A stretch of 64,000 nt of DNA from Planctomycetota bacterium (GTDB lineage: Bacteria; Planctomycetota; UBA1135; JACQFD01): assembly GCA_046160785.1 (NCBI GenBank), contig JBJXHE010000071.1, positions 69,812 to 133,811 of the forward strand, given 5' to 3'. The position numbers were made by a program, and so were the translations under genes. The notes beneath the pieces are model-generated. The model saw only the letters and a program-made list of their open reading frames with translations, was not told the DNA's origin and made no database searches. Below, piece after piece: positions 37,109 through 46,890 of the stretch (its first letter is position 1; each line of letters starts with the position of its first letter).

Positions 37109-38161
37109 ATGAACGATCGCGCCAAAACTTTTTCTTGGGAGCGTCTGTATCCGGCGATCGTGCTCGCAATTGTATTTATTATTTCTTGGCAATTCTCGCC
37201 GCTCGACCGGAAGACTAATGAAGCGATTTTTACAACTCCGGAGAATTTATTAAAAATACTCCGGCAGGTTTCCGAAATAGGATTATTAGCAATCGGACAG
37301 ACGCTCGTCATTCTCGCAGGCGGAATCGATCTCTCCGTCGGCTCGGTTCTCGGCGCATCGTCGATGGCGGCCGGAGTATTATTAGTAGACTATAATTGTT
37401 CGGCGCCCGCCGCCGCCGCGGGCGCGCTCGCGACCGGCCTCGCGTTTGGAATGGTGAACGGGCTTCTCGTCGTCGTGCTTCGCCTCCAGCCGTTTATTGC
37501 AACGCTTGCTACCTTTGGCGCCGCGCGCGGAGCCGCGAGAATTATTAAGGATAACGCGTCGATCGGCCTCGATGAATCGCATTCAGGATTCTTAATGATC
37601 GGCCGTTCGTTTCGCGACGCGAATATAACCTTTCGCGGCGGCGAAGTGGACGCCGGCGCATCAACGTCCTTCCTCGATTTTGCTACAATTCCAGCGCTGC
37701 TTTTCTTAAGCACGGGAGTTTTGTTTGCATTCATTCTCGCGCGAACGCGCTTCGGGCGGTCGATCTTCGCCATCGGCGGAAACCGCGAAGCGGCGAGGCT
37801 CGCGGGGTTGCCGGTCGGTCGAAACTTAATATTTGTTTACGCGATTTGCGGCTTGCTCGCGGGTCTCGCTGGAATTGTGCATTGTGCACAATTAGAACAA
37901 TCAAATCCCGTCGACGGCGAAGGCTACGAATTGCGCGCGATCGCCGCGGTCGCCATCGGTGGCACGCTGCTGACGGGCGGCAAGGGCGGCGTTTTCGCCA
38001 CCATCGCGGGAGTATTAACATTGGGCGCGATCAGTTCGATTCTCGGCATTACAAATGTTCGCGCGGAAACGCAATTGATACTGATCGCAATGATTCTTGT
38101 CCTTGCCGTAAAAATGCCCGCGTGGATTCAAAGACTCACCGAATTTCGATCGTCCAAATGA
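37109..38161 (+). CDS. sugar ABC transporter permease (RbsC/branched family)
   Basis: Multi-TM protein. LAGGIDLSVGS and AIGGNREAARLAGL motifs. Confidence 0.85.
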   Translation: MNDRAKTFSWERLYPAIVLAIVFIISWQFSPLDRKTNEAIFTTPENLLKILRQVSEIGLLAIGQTLVILAGGIDLSVGSVLGASSMAAGVLLVDYNCSAPAAAAGALATGLAFGMVNGLLVVVLRLQPFIATLATFGAARGAARIIKDNASIGLDESHSGFLMIGRSFRDANITFRGGEVDAGASTSFLDFATIPALLFLSTGVLFAFILARTRFGRSIFAIGGNREAARLAGLPVGRNLIFVYAICGLLAGLAGIVHCAQLEQSNPVDGEGYELRAIAAVAIGGTLLTGGKGGVFATIAGVLTLGAISSILGITNVRAETQLILIAMILVLAVKMPAWIQRLTEFRSSK

Positions 38162-38164
38162 AAT

Positions 38165-39115
38165 ATGAACATGCGAAATACAACTATTCTTGCAACGTTT
38201 GCACTCGCCGTTCTTGTGTCCGCGCTTTTTGGCTCACAGGATGTAAAGAAAAAATACCGGATCGGTTTTTCGCAATGCAATAATGCGGAGCCGTGGCGGC
38301 AGGCGATGAACGCGGCGGCAAAAGCCGAAGCCGCGAAGCACCCCGAACTAGAATTAGTGTTTGCCGACGCCGCGCAGGACAATGCAAAACAAGTTGCCGA
38401 CGTTGAAAACTTCTTAACGCAAAAAGTTGATTTATTAATTATCTCGCCGAACGAAGCGAAGCCTCTCACAAAAGTTGTAACAAAGGCTTACAAATCCGGC
38501 GTGCCGGTCGTCGTGCTCGACCGCGCGATCGAAGGAGAAAGCTACAGTTGCTTCATCGGCGCGGATAATTTAGAAATCGGCAGGGCGGCGGGAGAATGGA
38601 TTGCAAAACAACTGAACGGAAAAGGTAAAATTGTTGAATTGAAAGGGCTCATGGGATCGACTCCCGCGCAACAACGCTCGAAGGGATTTCGCGAAGCTAT
38701 CCTTAAATTTAAAGATATCGAAATTGTGCATGAAGCGGAGGCGAAGTGGCTTCGCGACGAAGCGCGCGCGCAATTCGAGCACGCGCTCGCGGCGCAGCCG
38801 AAAATCGATCTCGTGTATGCCCACAATGATCCAATGGCCGCGGGAGCGTTCATTGCCGCCAAAGCCGCCGGCCGAGAAAAAGATATATTATTTGTTGGAA
38901 TTGATGCATTGCCGGGAAAAGACGGCGGCGCGCAGGCGGTGCTCGACGGAAAATTAGCTGCAACGTTTTTGTATCCAAATTGCGGAAAGGAGGCGGTCGC
39001 TTCGGCTGTCAAGATTCTGAACGGCGAAAAGATAGAAAAGAAAATGCAACTTTCGACGGCGACAATCACGAAAGAGAACGCCGCGGAATTCGCGAACCCC
39101 CAGGGGAAAAAATAA
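38165..39115 (+). CDS. sugar ABC transporter periplasmic binding protein (RbsB-like, PBP type I)
   Basis: Signal peptide. YRIGFSQCNNAEPWRQAM, LIISPNE, VVVLDR, AHNDPMAAGA. Confidence 0.85.
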   Translation: MNMRNTTILATFALAVLVSALFGSQDVKKKYRIGFSQCNNAEPWRQAMNAAAKAEAAKHPELELVFADAAQDNAKQVADVENFLTQKVDLLIISPNEAKPLTKVVTKAYKSGVPVVVLDRAIEGESYSCFIGADNLEIGRAAGEWIAKQLNGKGKIVELKGLMGSTPAQQRSKGFREAILKFKDIEIVHEAEAKWLRDEARAQFEHALAAQPKIDLVYAHNDPMAAGAFIAAKAAGREKDILFVGIDALPGKDGGAQAVLDGKLAATFLYPNCGKEAVASAVKILNGEKIEKKMQLSTATITKENAAEFANPQGKK

Positions 39116-39132
39116 TGCCGGCGAAAAAGTAG

Positions 39133-40512
39133 TTATGAGCCGCCGGCGGGCTTCTTGATCAAAAATTTATAAATAACAAATCCGGCCGCGACGGCCACCG
39201 TGTCGATGGCAAGAATCCAGGGCGTCGTTTCCGCTAAACTAAGAATCGCGCTGACTAAGAATACGACGCCTAACAATACTTGCGCGCCGACGACCCAGCC
39301 GATTGCGCGAACGCGAAACGGCCGCGGGCATTCCGGATGGCGGCGCCGCTCCAGCCACAAGCCCGCCGCGACGCAAATCGTCGTTAATGAAATAATCGGG
39401 ACGACGAAACCTAACAATTCGGAGAACGAGTTGGTTAAAGCAAATAAAATGGAGACCGCCATCAGCCAGACCGTTGCTGCGACTGGCACGCCCGTATTGC
39501 TTATTTTACCAAAAGCCGGCACCGCTAGTTTTTCTTCCGCGAGCAGGCGCGCAATGCGCGGGCCCGTTAATAAATAAGAATTCACGGCGCCGAGCATCAC
39601 GATCGAGGCCACGATCGTTAATAATGTTTTTCCCGGCGCGCCGAACGAGAGTTCAACCATGTCTAACGCTACAAATTTCGACCGCGACATTCTCTCCGCG
39701 CCGAGCGTGGAGAGAAATGCAAGATTCGCGAAGAGGTACAGCGCGGTGATAATGACTAATGAAATAAAAAGGGCACGGGGCACGCTGGCCTCGGCGCGTT
39801 TCGTCTCGCCCGATAAGTAAACTGCGTCGGCATAACCGTCAAATGTAAAAATAACAGAAATGAGGGCGCCGCCGGCCGCCGCGAGCAAGCCCCACGCCGT
39901 CGCGGGCATGACAGCCGCCGGCGCCGCCGAGGCCGCAATATGAGCATCTGAAACGGCGGAAGGCGCGACGAATGCCGCCGCCGCGAGAAGTCCGACTAAA
40001 AGTAGTATTTTTAAAGTAGTTAATACAATTTCAAAACGCGCGCCGAAGTGAAGCCCCACAATATTTACTATTCCTAGAATAAAGATCACCGCGACAGCGA
40101 TCGCACGCGCTTCGAACGAAGGCTCCATGCCGGATGCTAACGATCCGGAATTGTCGGAAACGACTTCTCCAATCGCGACGGCGACTGACGCGATCGAGCC
40201 GGGCCACGTGATCAGTAAAATCGACCAGCCGGATACAAATGCGACTCCCGGACCGAACGCCGTGTGGAGAAAAGCTACTAATCCGCCCGCGCGCGGAACC
40301 ATTGCCGCCCATTCGGCCAGTATTAATATATCCAATGCGGCGATGCACGCGCCGAACGTCCAAACGATAAGAATCCATTCCGCGCTCGGCAAGTGCGCCG
40401 CGATCTCGCCCGGCGTTCTTAAGATTCCCGAGCCGACGGCGCTTCCAACACAAACCGCGATTCCCGTGGTGATGCCGAGAATTCTTCTGAGTTCGCCCGG
40501 GCGCGCATCCAC
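39133..40512 (-). CDS. APC-superfamily amino acid permease
   Basis: 459 aa, about 12 TM helices. N-terminal GSAVGSGILRTPGEIA motif. Confidence 0.8.
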   Translation of the reverse strand: MDARPGELRRILGITTGIAVCVGSAVGSGILRTPGEIAAHLPSAEWILIVWTFGACIAALDILILAEWAAMVPRAGGLVAFLHTAFGPGVAFVSGWSILLITWPGSIASVAVAIGEVVSDNSGSLASGMEPSFEARAIAVAVIFILGIVNIVGLHFGARFEIVLTTLKILLLVGLLAAAAFVAPSAVSDAHIAASAAPAAVMPATAWGLLAAAGGALISVIFTFDGYADAVYLSGETKRAEASVPRALFISLVIITALYLFANLAFLSTLGAERMSRSKFVALDMVELSFGAPGKTLLTIVASIVMLGAVNSYLLTGPRIARLLAEEKLAVPAFGKISNTGVPVAATVWLMAVSILFALTNSFSELLGFVVPIISLTTICVAAGLWLERRRHPECPRPFRVRAIGWVVGAQVLLGVVFLVSAILSLAETTPWILAIDTVAVAAGFVIYKFLIKKPAGGS

Positions 40513-40536
40513 GGATTGAATATATTATAAAAGAAA

Positions 40537-42288
40537 TTACTTCTTAATGCGTGATTCGCGATTCTTATAAACGGTTTTCAACTGCGGAGAAAGGCCGGCT
40601 TCAAATCGTTGAATATCCACATTCGCGGCCGCCATCACACGAGTGAACGGAGGTTCATAATGATACTGAAGAAGATAAGTAATGAGCACGTACTCGTCAT
40701 TGCTCATCGCGCGTTCAATCAACTCTTTGCCAACGCCCGCCTTTCCGTTCATGGCTTCTAGCACGCCTTGTAGCGCCATAATTTCCCAGTCGGTTTTCTT
40801 AATATTTAAAACTTTAACTGTTAAGTCGTATGCGCGTTTCCATTGTTCATCGACATTTCCCGACCCGATCACGAGGCGCGCGTTTGCGTTGCATTCCGAT
40901 TTCAGCGTTTCGTATTGATCGATGGCATTAATTCCGATTCGCTCGCGGCAGATATCGCGCGGGAGGTCTTTTGTGTGATCGAGCGGAAGTCTTAGCTTTC
41001 GCTCCATCACGCCGAGCAGCTCATTCGCGATCAGCTCGTGGCCGGTCAGGTTGGGATGCACGTTATCGGTAATATATTCATTGCCTGCCAGCTGGAGCGA
41101 GCCCGCATTATTAAATATTAATTCCAAGTCGACGAGCGGCAGATCGTGTTTTTTTGATATTTCGCGCACCGAATCGGAGGCCCACGGCTGCGCGCGCATG
41201 GGGCAAAAATCCTGCGTGTACGCTTTAATATATCCTTCGCGCGCCGCAACGGCATTGCCGCGGGCTTCGTGCGCGCGCGTCAGTCCGAAATGTAACTTTG
41301 CGGGCGAATTATCTATTTTGGCCGCCTCGCTAAAATATTGGATAGCGAGATCGTAATCTTTCGTTTGATCCAGAGCTGCGGCCCCCTTTTCATACCATTC
41401 GGTCCACCGATCTTTCAATTCCTTCGAAGCTAAAACTGCGTCGGAAAAGTAGGATCCGCTCGGAGGAAACTGCCGTACATTTTTGGGCGGCGTCATCATG
41501 ATAACAGGAACATTAGCTTTCTTTGCGTCGGCCATCGCGCCGTCGGTTTCGTTATGAAACCGATTTTTGATAAGTTCGAGTTCATCGGCGTTATAACACG
41601 GCCGCCCGTCGGCTTCCTTTCGGTCGTGCAGCGTGATTCGCGTCTTTCCCGTCACCGACGGCAGCGCGCGCGAGAGAAATTCAAAAGTTCGTAAATGTTG
41701 TAATTCCGTTTTTATTGTGTAAATCCACGGACGCTGGATTTCGTTACGAATCGCTAAAACATTCTGCGGCACCATTTCGTTGTGGCCAACCATCCATATC
41801 AATAAATCCGCTTTTTGTTCAATGCACTCATTTAATAACACGCGAATTTCTTTAGCATACCAGCCATTGTTTCCGGCGTTAACGACCTCGACCGCGCGGT
41901 CCGGCAGCATTAATGTTAATTTCAACCGCAGCCAATCTGCGAAACACCCAATTTCGAACGGCAGGCCCTGCACGCTCGATTCTCCGAGGCAAAAAACGCG
42001 AAATCCGTTCGCGGGCTTGTCTTTTACAAATAACGGCAGCTTTTCTGGATATATCTTATAACCGCGCGGAAAAACTCTATTGTAACCTTCGACCGGCCCT
42101 TTCTCGGGATACGGAATCCAATAATTAGCAACGCCCCCCGTCCCGACGTACCGCGAAATTTTGACGCCGCCGAGTGCTAGCACAATTTCCGCAATCACAA
42201 AGAAAACGACAGGCGCGCAAATCGCTATCAATAATTTTCTCGGCCACGTGCTGCGGGGTTCCGGGGGAAGCTTCGGTGCGTGCGTCAC
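40537..42288 (-). CDS. membrane-anchored SGNH/GDSL-type hydrolase with TPR-like C-terminal half (paralog 1)
   Basis: FRVFCLGESSVQG (block I Ser), NAGNNGW (block III), DNVHPNLTGH (block V). The maximal ORF (to 42396) overlaps the araB start, so GTG 42288 is preferred. Confidence 0.65.
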   Translation of the reverse strand: MTHAPKLPPEPRSTWPRKLLIAICAPVVFFVIAEIVLALGGVKISRYVGTGGVANYWIPYPEKGPVEGYNRVFPRGYKIYPEKLPLFVKDKPANGFRVFCLGESSVQGLPFEIGCFADWLRLKLTLMLPDRAVEVVNAGNNGWYAKEIRVLLNECIEQKADLLIWMVGHNEMVPQNVLAIRNEIQRPWIYTIKTELQHLRTFEFLSRALPSVTGKTRITLHDRKEADGRPCYNADELELIKNRFHNETDGAMADAKKANVPVIMMTPPKNVRQFPPSGSYFSDAVLASKELKDRWTEWYEKGAAALDQTKDYDLAIQYFSEAAKIDNSPAKLHFGLTRAHEARGNAVAAREGYIKAYTQDFCPMRAQPWASDSVREISKKHDLPLVDLELIFNNAGSLQLAGNEYITDNVHPNLTGHELIANELLGVMERKLRLPLDHTKDLPRDICRERIGINAIDQYETLKSECNANARLVIGSGNVDEQWKRAYDLTVKVLNIKKTDWEIMALQGVLEAMNGKAGVGKELIERAMSNDEYVLITYLLQYHYEPPFTRVMAAANVDIQRFEAGLSPQLKTVYKNRESRIKK

Positions 42289-42358
42289 GAAACAAGGATA
42301 GCGATTTGAAAGAGTTGCGCCAGAATCTAAATATATCCGAACGAAGTATACTTCAAAA

Positions 42359-43966
42359 ATGAACACGCCCTGTTTTCTTGGTCTTGACTTCGGCACGGAA
42401 TGCGTGCGCGCCGTGATTGTTGATATAAATGGAACGCTCGCAGCGGTGGCGTCTCACCGTTACGCGCACGGCGTGATCGAAGGAATACATCAAAAAACAA
42501 GCACAACAAGTACAGCAATAATTTCAACAACAATTCCGTCGGCAGTTCCGATTGGTTATGCGTTGCAGGTTCCAAGCGATTACTACGAATCCGCAATTCA
42601 AGCGATTCGCGGCGCGCTCGATTCGCCGGGTGTAAACGCGGAGCAGATCGCGGGCATTGGAGTCGATTTTACAGCTTGCACGGCGCTGCCCGTCGACCCA
42701 GCGGGCCGCTGGCTCGGCGAGCGCGCGGAGTTTACTAATGATCTTCATGCGTATGCAAAATTATGGAAACATCACGGCGCGATTGCGGAGGCAGAGGAGA
42801 TCAATCAATTAGCGAGAAGCCGCGGCGAATTGTGGCTTTCGCGTTTTGGTAATACGACATCGAGCGAATGGTTGCATGCGAAGTGGCTCGAAGTTTACAG
42901 AAAATCTCCCGCCGTCGCGAAAGCTACAGAGCGCTTCGTCGAAGCCGGCGATTGGATTATTGAACAAATGACGGGCGCGCGCTGCCGCAGCGCGTGCATG
43001 GCGGGTTACAAAGGATTGAATGCAAAAAACGCGCGCGCGCCGCGGGAGTTTTTTGTAGCTTTGGATGAGGGGTTCGCGAACGAGTTGACAAAACTTGGCG
43101 GCCTGCTCGTTTCTCCGGGCGAGCGCGCGGGAACATTAACAAACGAGTTTGCTACAAAAACGGGTTTGCGGCCCGGCACGCCCGTTTCCGCCGCGATCAT
43201 CGACGCGCACGCCGCGCTGCCGGGGCTCGGCGTCGCTGCGCCCGGAACGTTAGTTATTATATTAGGAACTTCCGGCTGCCACATATTGCTCGCCGAGCGC
43301 GAATTGTTAGTAACCGGAATTCAGGGTGTCGTCGAAGACGGCGTTGTGCCCGGACTCTTTGCTTATGAAGCGGGCCAGCCCGCCGTCGGTGATTTGTATG
43401 CTTGGGTTTCGCGCACGACGGGAAAAAGTATGGATGAATTGGAACGCGAAGCCTCGTGCGCAAAACCGGGCGCGTCGAGTTTACTCATGCTCGACTGGTT
43501 CAACGGCAACCGTTCAATCTTAGTCAATCCCGAACTCAAAGGAGTCGTCGCGGGATTAACATTAAATACAACACCCGCCGATTTGTATCGTGCCGCCGCC
43601 GAAGGAACCGCGTTCGGAACGCGCGTGATCATTGAACAATTCGAATCGTTTGGAATGAAGATTCATAATATTGCCGTTTGCGGCGGGATCGCGGAGAAGA
43701 GCCCGTTCATATTACAAATATTCGCCGACGCAACAGGGCGCGATCTCCACAAACCAAATGCTACAGAAGTGTGCGCGCGCGGCGCGGCGATTTGCGGCGC
43801 GGCCGTTTCAGGATATTTTAAGAATATGTCGGATGCCGCGCGCGCCTTGAGCAGAGGCGGCGGCAGCCGAATCGCGCCGGCGGCGGACGCTACAAAACGC
43901 TATCATTTACAATATCAAGAATGGCGAAAGCTGCACGACGCGTTCGCTTCGCCCGCGAAAAAATAA
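42359..43966 (+). CDS. araB: FGGY-family carbohydrate kinase, ribulokinase-like
   Basis: LGLDFGTECVRAVIVD N-terminus. Length 535 aa. GGIAEKSPFILQIFADATG C-terminal motif. Confidence 0.7.
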   Translation: MNTPCFLGLDFGTECVRAVIVDINGTLAAVASHRYAHGVIEGIHQKTSTTSTAIISTTIPSAVPIGYALQVPSDYYESAIQAIRGALDSPGVNAEQIAGIGVDFTACTALPVDPAGRWLGERAEFTNDLHAYAKLWKHHGAIAEAEEINQLARSRGELWLSRFGNTTSSEWLHAKWLEVYRKSPAVAKATERFVEAGDWIIEQMTGARCRSACMAGYKGLNAKNARAPREFFVALDEGFANELTKLGGLLVSPGERAGTLTNEFATKTGLRPGTPVSAAIIDAHAALPGLGVAAPGTLVIILGTSGCHILLAERELLVTGIQGVVEDGVVPGLFAYEAGQPAVGDLYAWVSRTTGKSMDELEREASCAKPGASSLLMLDWFNGNRSILVNPELKGVVAGLTLNTTPADLYRAAAEGTAFGTRVIIEQFESFGMKIHNIAVCGGIAEKSPFILQIFADATGRDLHKPNATEVCARGAAICGAAVSGYFKNMSDAARALSRGGGSRIAPAADATKRYHLQYQEWRKLHDAFASPAKK

Positions 43967-43986
43967 GTAAACTAAGAATAGAAATC

Positions 43987-44016
43987 AAAAAAAAGAGCGG
44001 AGCCAAGCGGCCCCGC
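43987..44016 (-). terminator. rho-independent terminator of the S8 protease gene
   Basis: On the minus strand: GCGGGGCC-GCTT-GGCTCCGC (8 bp including one G-U pair) followed by TCTTTTTTTT. Confidence 0.6.
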
Positions 44017-44045
44017 CCTTTCGTCGATCTGTAAACGAATGAAAG

Positions 44046-46700
44046 CTAATTAACAGTGAGCACGGCGATGCCGCTCAAGGTAAACGGCGTCGCGAACGTG
44101 TTTGGATTCGCTTCCGAGAACTGTAAAAAGAAAATGCCCGTCGCGCCGACGGGAATAAGCGTCGTCCACGACGTGATTCCCGTTGCATCAAATGCTGCGA
44201 TTGGATCCGGCGCAAAGTTAAAATCGCCGCAGCCACCGATTGAATAGGTTGCATACGGTGGAATCGGCGTCGCCTGGATGCACTGGCTATAGGCTAACAA
44301 TGGCAAGAAACCAATACTTGGGCTCGCCATGTAAACGGTAATCGGCGCGCCGTCGTTCGCGGGGCTCGGATCGAAGAAGACGAACCGGCCTGCTGGCGCC
44401 GACAATGTTAGCGTATTGCTGTTTGACGTTCCTCCCGGGCCGGTAACGTTAACATTAACGTTGCCGAGCGGCGCGGGCGGCGGCGTGAACTTTACTGTAA
44501 TTTGCGTATCGCTAACAATCGTGAATTTTCCGATGGGATAATTTCGCGTGCCGATCGCAACATTCGTCGCGCCGGTGAAATTCGATCCGTTAATGGTAAG
44601 AACGGGAGTTGCTCCCGCCACTGCCACCGCGGTCGCCGTCGGGCTAATATTACTAATCGCGGGTCCGGGAACACCCTCCTGAACTGCGCCATTAATAACT
44701 AATCCAAAACCCTGCGGACCCTGCGCGACATTCGCCGCCGTGACCGTAGCTGTATATTGTCCGACCGCCGGCACATTGATAAGAATGCGCTCGACATTAT
44801 TTTTAGTATCCGCCGTACCGCCGGTCGTTGAGAATCCGCCCGAGAACACGTTGCCGAGATAGATGACCGAACCGGGCGCCGTTAACGTTAGATTCAAATT
44901 GTTAATAACGGGATTCGACGAATTCGTCGTTCCCGGAAAATCATGAAACGCGAGCGTGATCGCGAGCCTTTGAGTATTTGAAGTAACGTTGAATACATAA
45001 TTCTTCGTTTGGCCCGTCGTGACGCCGACCGACTTGCGAACGTCTTTAACAATAATTTTGCGCGCGTCGCCGGTGAATGATAACGCTTGATCGAGCTCGA
45101 CGCGGCCCCAGCCCTCCGTATTGGATGGATAGCCTGCGATGCCCGTCATGTCCTGGCACGAATTCAGAAGCGCAGCTTTAACGAGCGCGCCCGTCGGAAT
45201 TATAGTATTCGCGGGAACCTTCGCGCCGGTCGGATAAAAGCCATCTATAAAATATTGACGTACAAGAGCGGTTGCTCCTGTTACACCCGGGCAAGCCATG
45301 CTGGTTCCCGTCAAAGTAGTTGTAGTACACGATCCGGTGCCGGCCGACACAATGCTACAACCAGGCGCGTACGCTTCCGGTTTCCTCCGCCCGTCGGCCG
45401 TCAGTCCTGCACCGCCCGAGCAGAAATTGTTAGCATTGGCTCCGTTTTGAGAAGCGTTGACTGCAATTAGATTCTTAGCATTCTCGGGATTTTTTAACGT
45501 TGACAAATTCGTCGATGCAAACAATACGAGATTGTTTTCATTATTCCAGCTAAAGCTATCAATACTATTGCAAGTGGAATCGTAGGCCGTCGTGCCGTCG
45601 TTGCCCCACGAATTGGTATGAACGGTCGCGCCGTTATTCTTATGCGTCGTTGCTTTTGTATTAAACTGAGAACCCGAAGCGAATCCGCCCGAGCTTGCAA
45701 TCTTAGCAAGATAGGCCATGCCGCGATTCGATGTTGAGCCGTTCACCGGCTGCGCGTCGCCGACCGCTGTGCCGGCCGTATGCTGCGAATGTGAATCAAT
45801 CGATCCGCCTGCGTGATATACAATTTTCCGGTGCGTGGGTCCGATCGGATTGCCACTCGGATCTTGTAAATAACAATTGCTGGTCGCGAGAGCGCCGCCG
45901 TCGATGTGTCCAACGACCTGTCCTTCGCCGTGGATGCCCTGGTCCCAAATCTTAGTATTATTTGTAGTGAACGTTTGAATCACCCACTTCGCGGTATTGT
46001 TACGAGTGGTCATCTCTCCCATCGGCTCGACCCACTGTACGTCGGGGGCCTGCGCGAGCCAGCGGCCGATCGCCGCCGATGTGTATACTTCGGCGATCCA
46101 ACGGCCTTGACCGTCTTCAATATTACCAATCGAAGCGCCGCGCGAAGTAATTTGCGTTTCGATCGTGTCTTTCGAAACGCCTTCGAATGCCATAACAATT
46201 AATTTTTGTATCGTGTCGGCTTTGCGCGGGTTCAGCGATTCTTCGTGAAGGCGCACATCTAAACGATAGGCGGGGTGAAAATCGCCCGTCCACACAACGG
46301 CGGGCAATCCTTTTATCAATTCCATCTGCGCCGTGTTCGCGCGGACGATAAAGGTAAAATTCGGAATGTAATCTAATAATGTTGCCCCGGTCGATCGCAC
46401 CGACTCCTTCGCGTCTTCTGTAATCGGACCCGTTAATTGTACTAAAAAGTATCCAGATTCGTCGGCCTCGATTGGGCGCGAGACAAGATCCGGATCCATC
46501 GCGGGGAGAAGACCCGAAGTATCAAATTCGGAGTATTTTAACGAAAGCCAGCGGGGCCGCGCCGCTCGTTCGTTAGCTTCTTCGAATGTTAATTGTGGTT
46601 CAATAGTCGACAGTGCCGGTGTTTGTAAATTTTGCCCGAAAGAGCCGAGCGCCAAAGCAACAATTGCTGCGAGCGTGGCGCCAATCTTATGAATACGCAT
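44046..46700 (-). CDS. secreted subtilisin-like (S8) serine protease with C-terminal IPT/TIG-like Ig domains
   Basis: Signal peptide. Catalytic contexts VVGHIDGG (Asp), HSQHTAGTAVG (His), GTSMACPGVTGA (Ser). Repeated ISNISPTA...LTINGSNFTGA-type domains. Confidence 0.85.
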   Translation of the reverse strand: MRIHKIGATLAAIVALALGSFGQNLQTPALSTIEPQLTFEEANERAARPRWLSLKYSEFDTSGLLPAMDPDLVSRPIEADESGYFLVQLTGPITEDAKESVRSTGATLLDYIPNFTFIVRANTAQMELIKGLPAVVWTGDFHPAYRLDVRLHEESLNPRKADTIQKLIVMAFEGVSKDTIETQITSRGASIGNIEDGQGRWIAEVYTSAAIGRWLAQAPDVQWVEPMGEMTTRNNTAKWVIQTFTTNNTKIWDQGIHGEGQVVGHIDGGALATSNCYLQDPSGNPIGPTHRKIVYHAGGSIDSHSQHTAGTAVGDAQPVNGSTSNRGMAYLAKIASSGGFASGSQFNTKATTHKNNGATVHTNSWGNDGTTAYDSTCNSIDSFSWNNENNLVLFASTNLSTLKNPENAKNLIAVNASQNGANANNFCSGGAGLTADGRRKPEAYAPGCSIVSAGTGSCTTTTLTGTSMACPGVTGATALVRQYFIDGFYPTGAKVPANTIIPTGALVKAALLNSCQDMTGIAGYPSNTEGWGRVELDQALSFTGDARKIIVKDVRKSVGVTTGQTKNYVFNVTSNTQRLAITLAFHDFPGTTNSSNPVINNLNLTLTAPGSVIYLGNVFSGGFSTTGGTADTKNNVERILINVPAVGQYTATVTAANVAQGPQGFGLVINGAVQEGVPGPAISNISPTATAVAVAGATPVLTINGSNFTGATNVAIGTRNYPIGKFTIVSDTQITVKFTPPPAPLGNVNVNVTGPGGTSNSNTLTLSAPAGRFVFFDPSPANDGAPITVYMASPSIGFLPLLAYSQCIQATPIPPYATYSIGGCGDFNFAPDPIAAFDATGITSWTTLIPVGATGIFFLQFSEANPNTFATPFTLSGIAVLTVN

Positions 46701-46890
46701 AGTGGGAGTGTGAAGAGGGGGGAGTAGCAGTTAAAAGTGTGTTCTGTAAACAGGTTCGCGGCAAACGAACGCGTCAAGAGGAAAACTTCGACCACCGCAG
46801 TTCACAATTCCACAGTGTTGCGGACAGGGTGCGATGCAAAGTTGAAAGCGTTGGACGCACTCTCAATTTTCCGAAGTTCCCACAGATGTG

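Noticed and set aside
42289-42600. Possible hidden gene (ORF 42327..42596, minus) and an odd Thr/Ser/Ile-rich segment at the araB 5' end
   Set aside because: The minus ORF is antisense to the conserved kinase N-terminus. The TSTTSTAIISTTI stretch sits in-frame within a variable loop region of FGGY kinases, so it is read as a low-complexity insertion.
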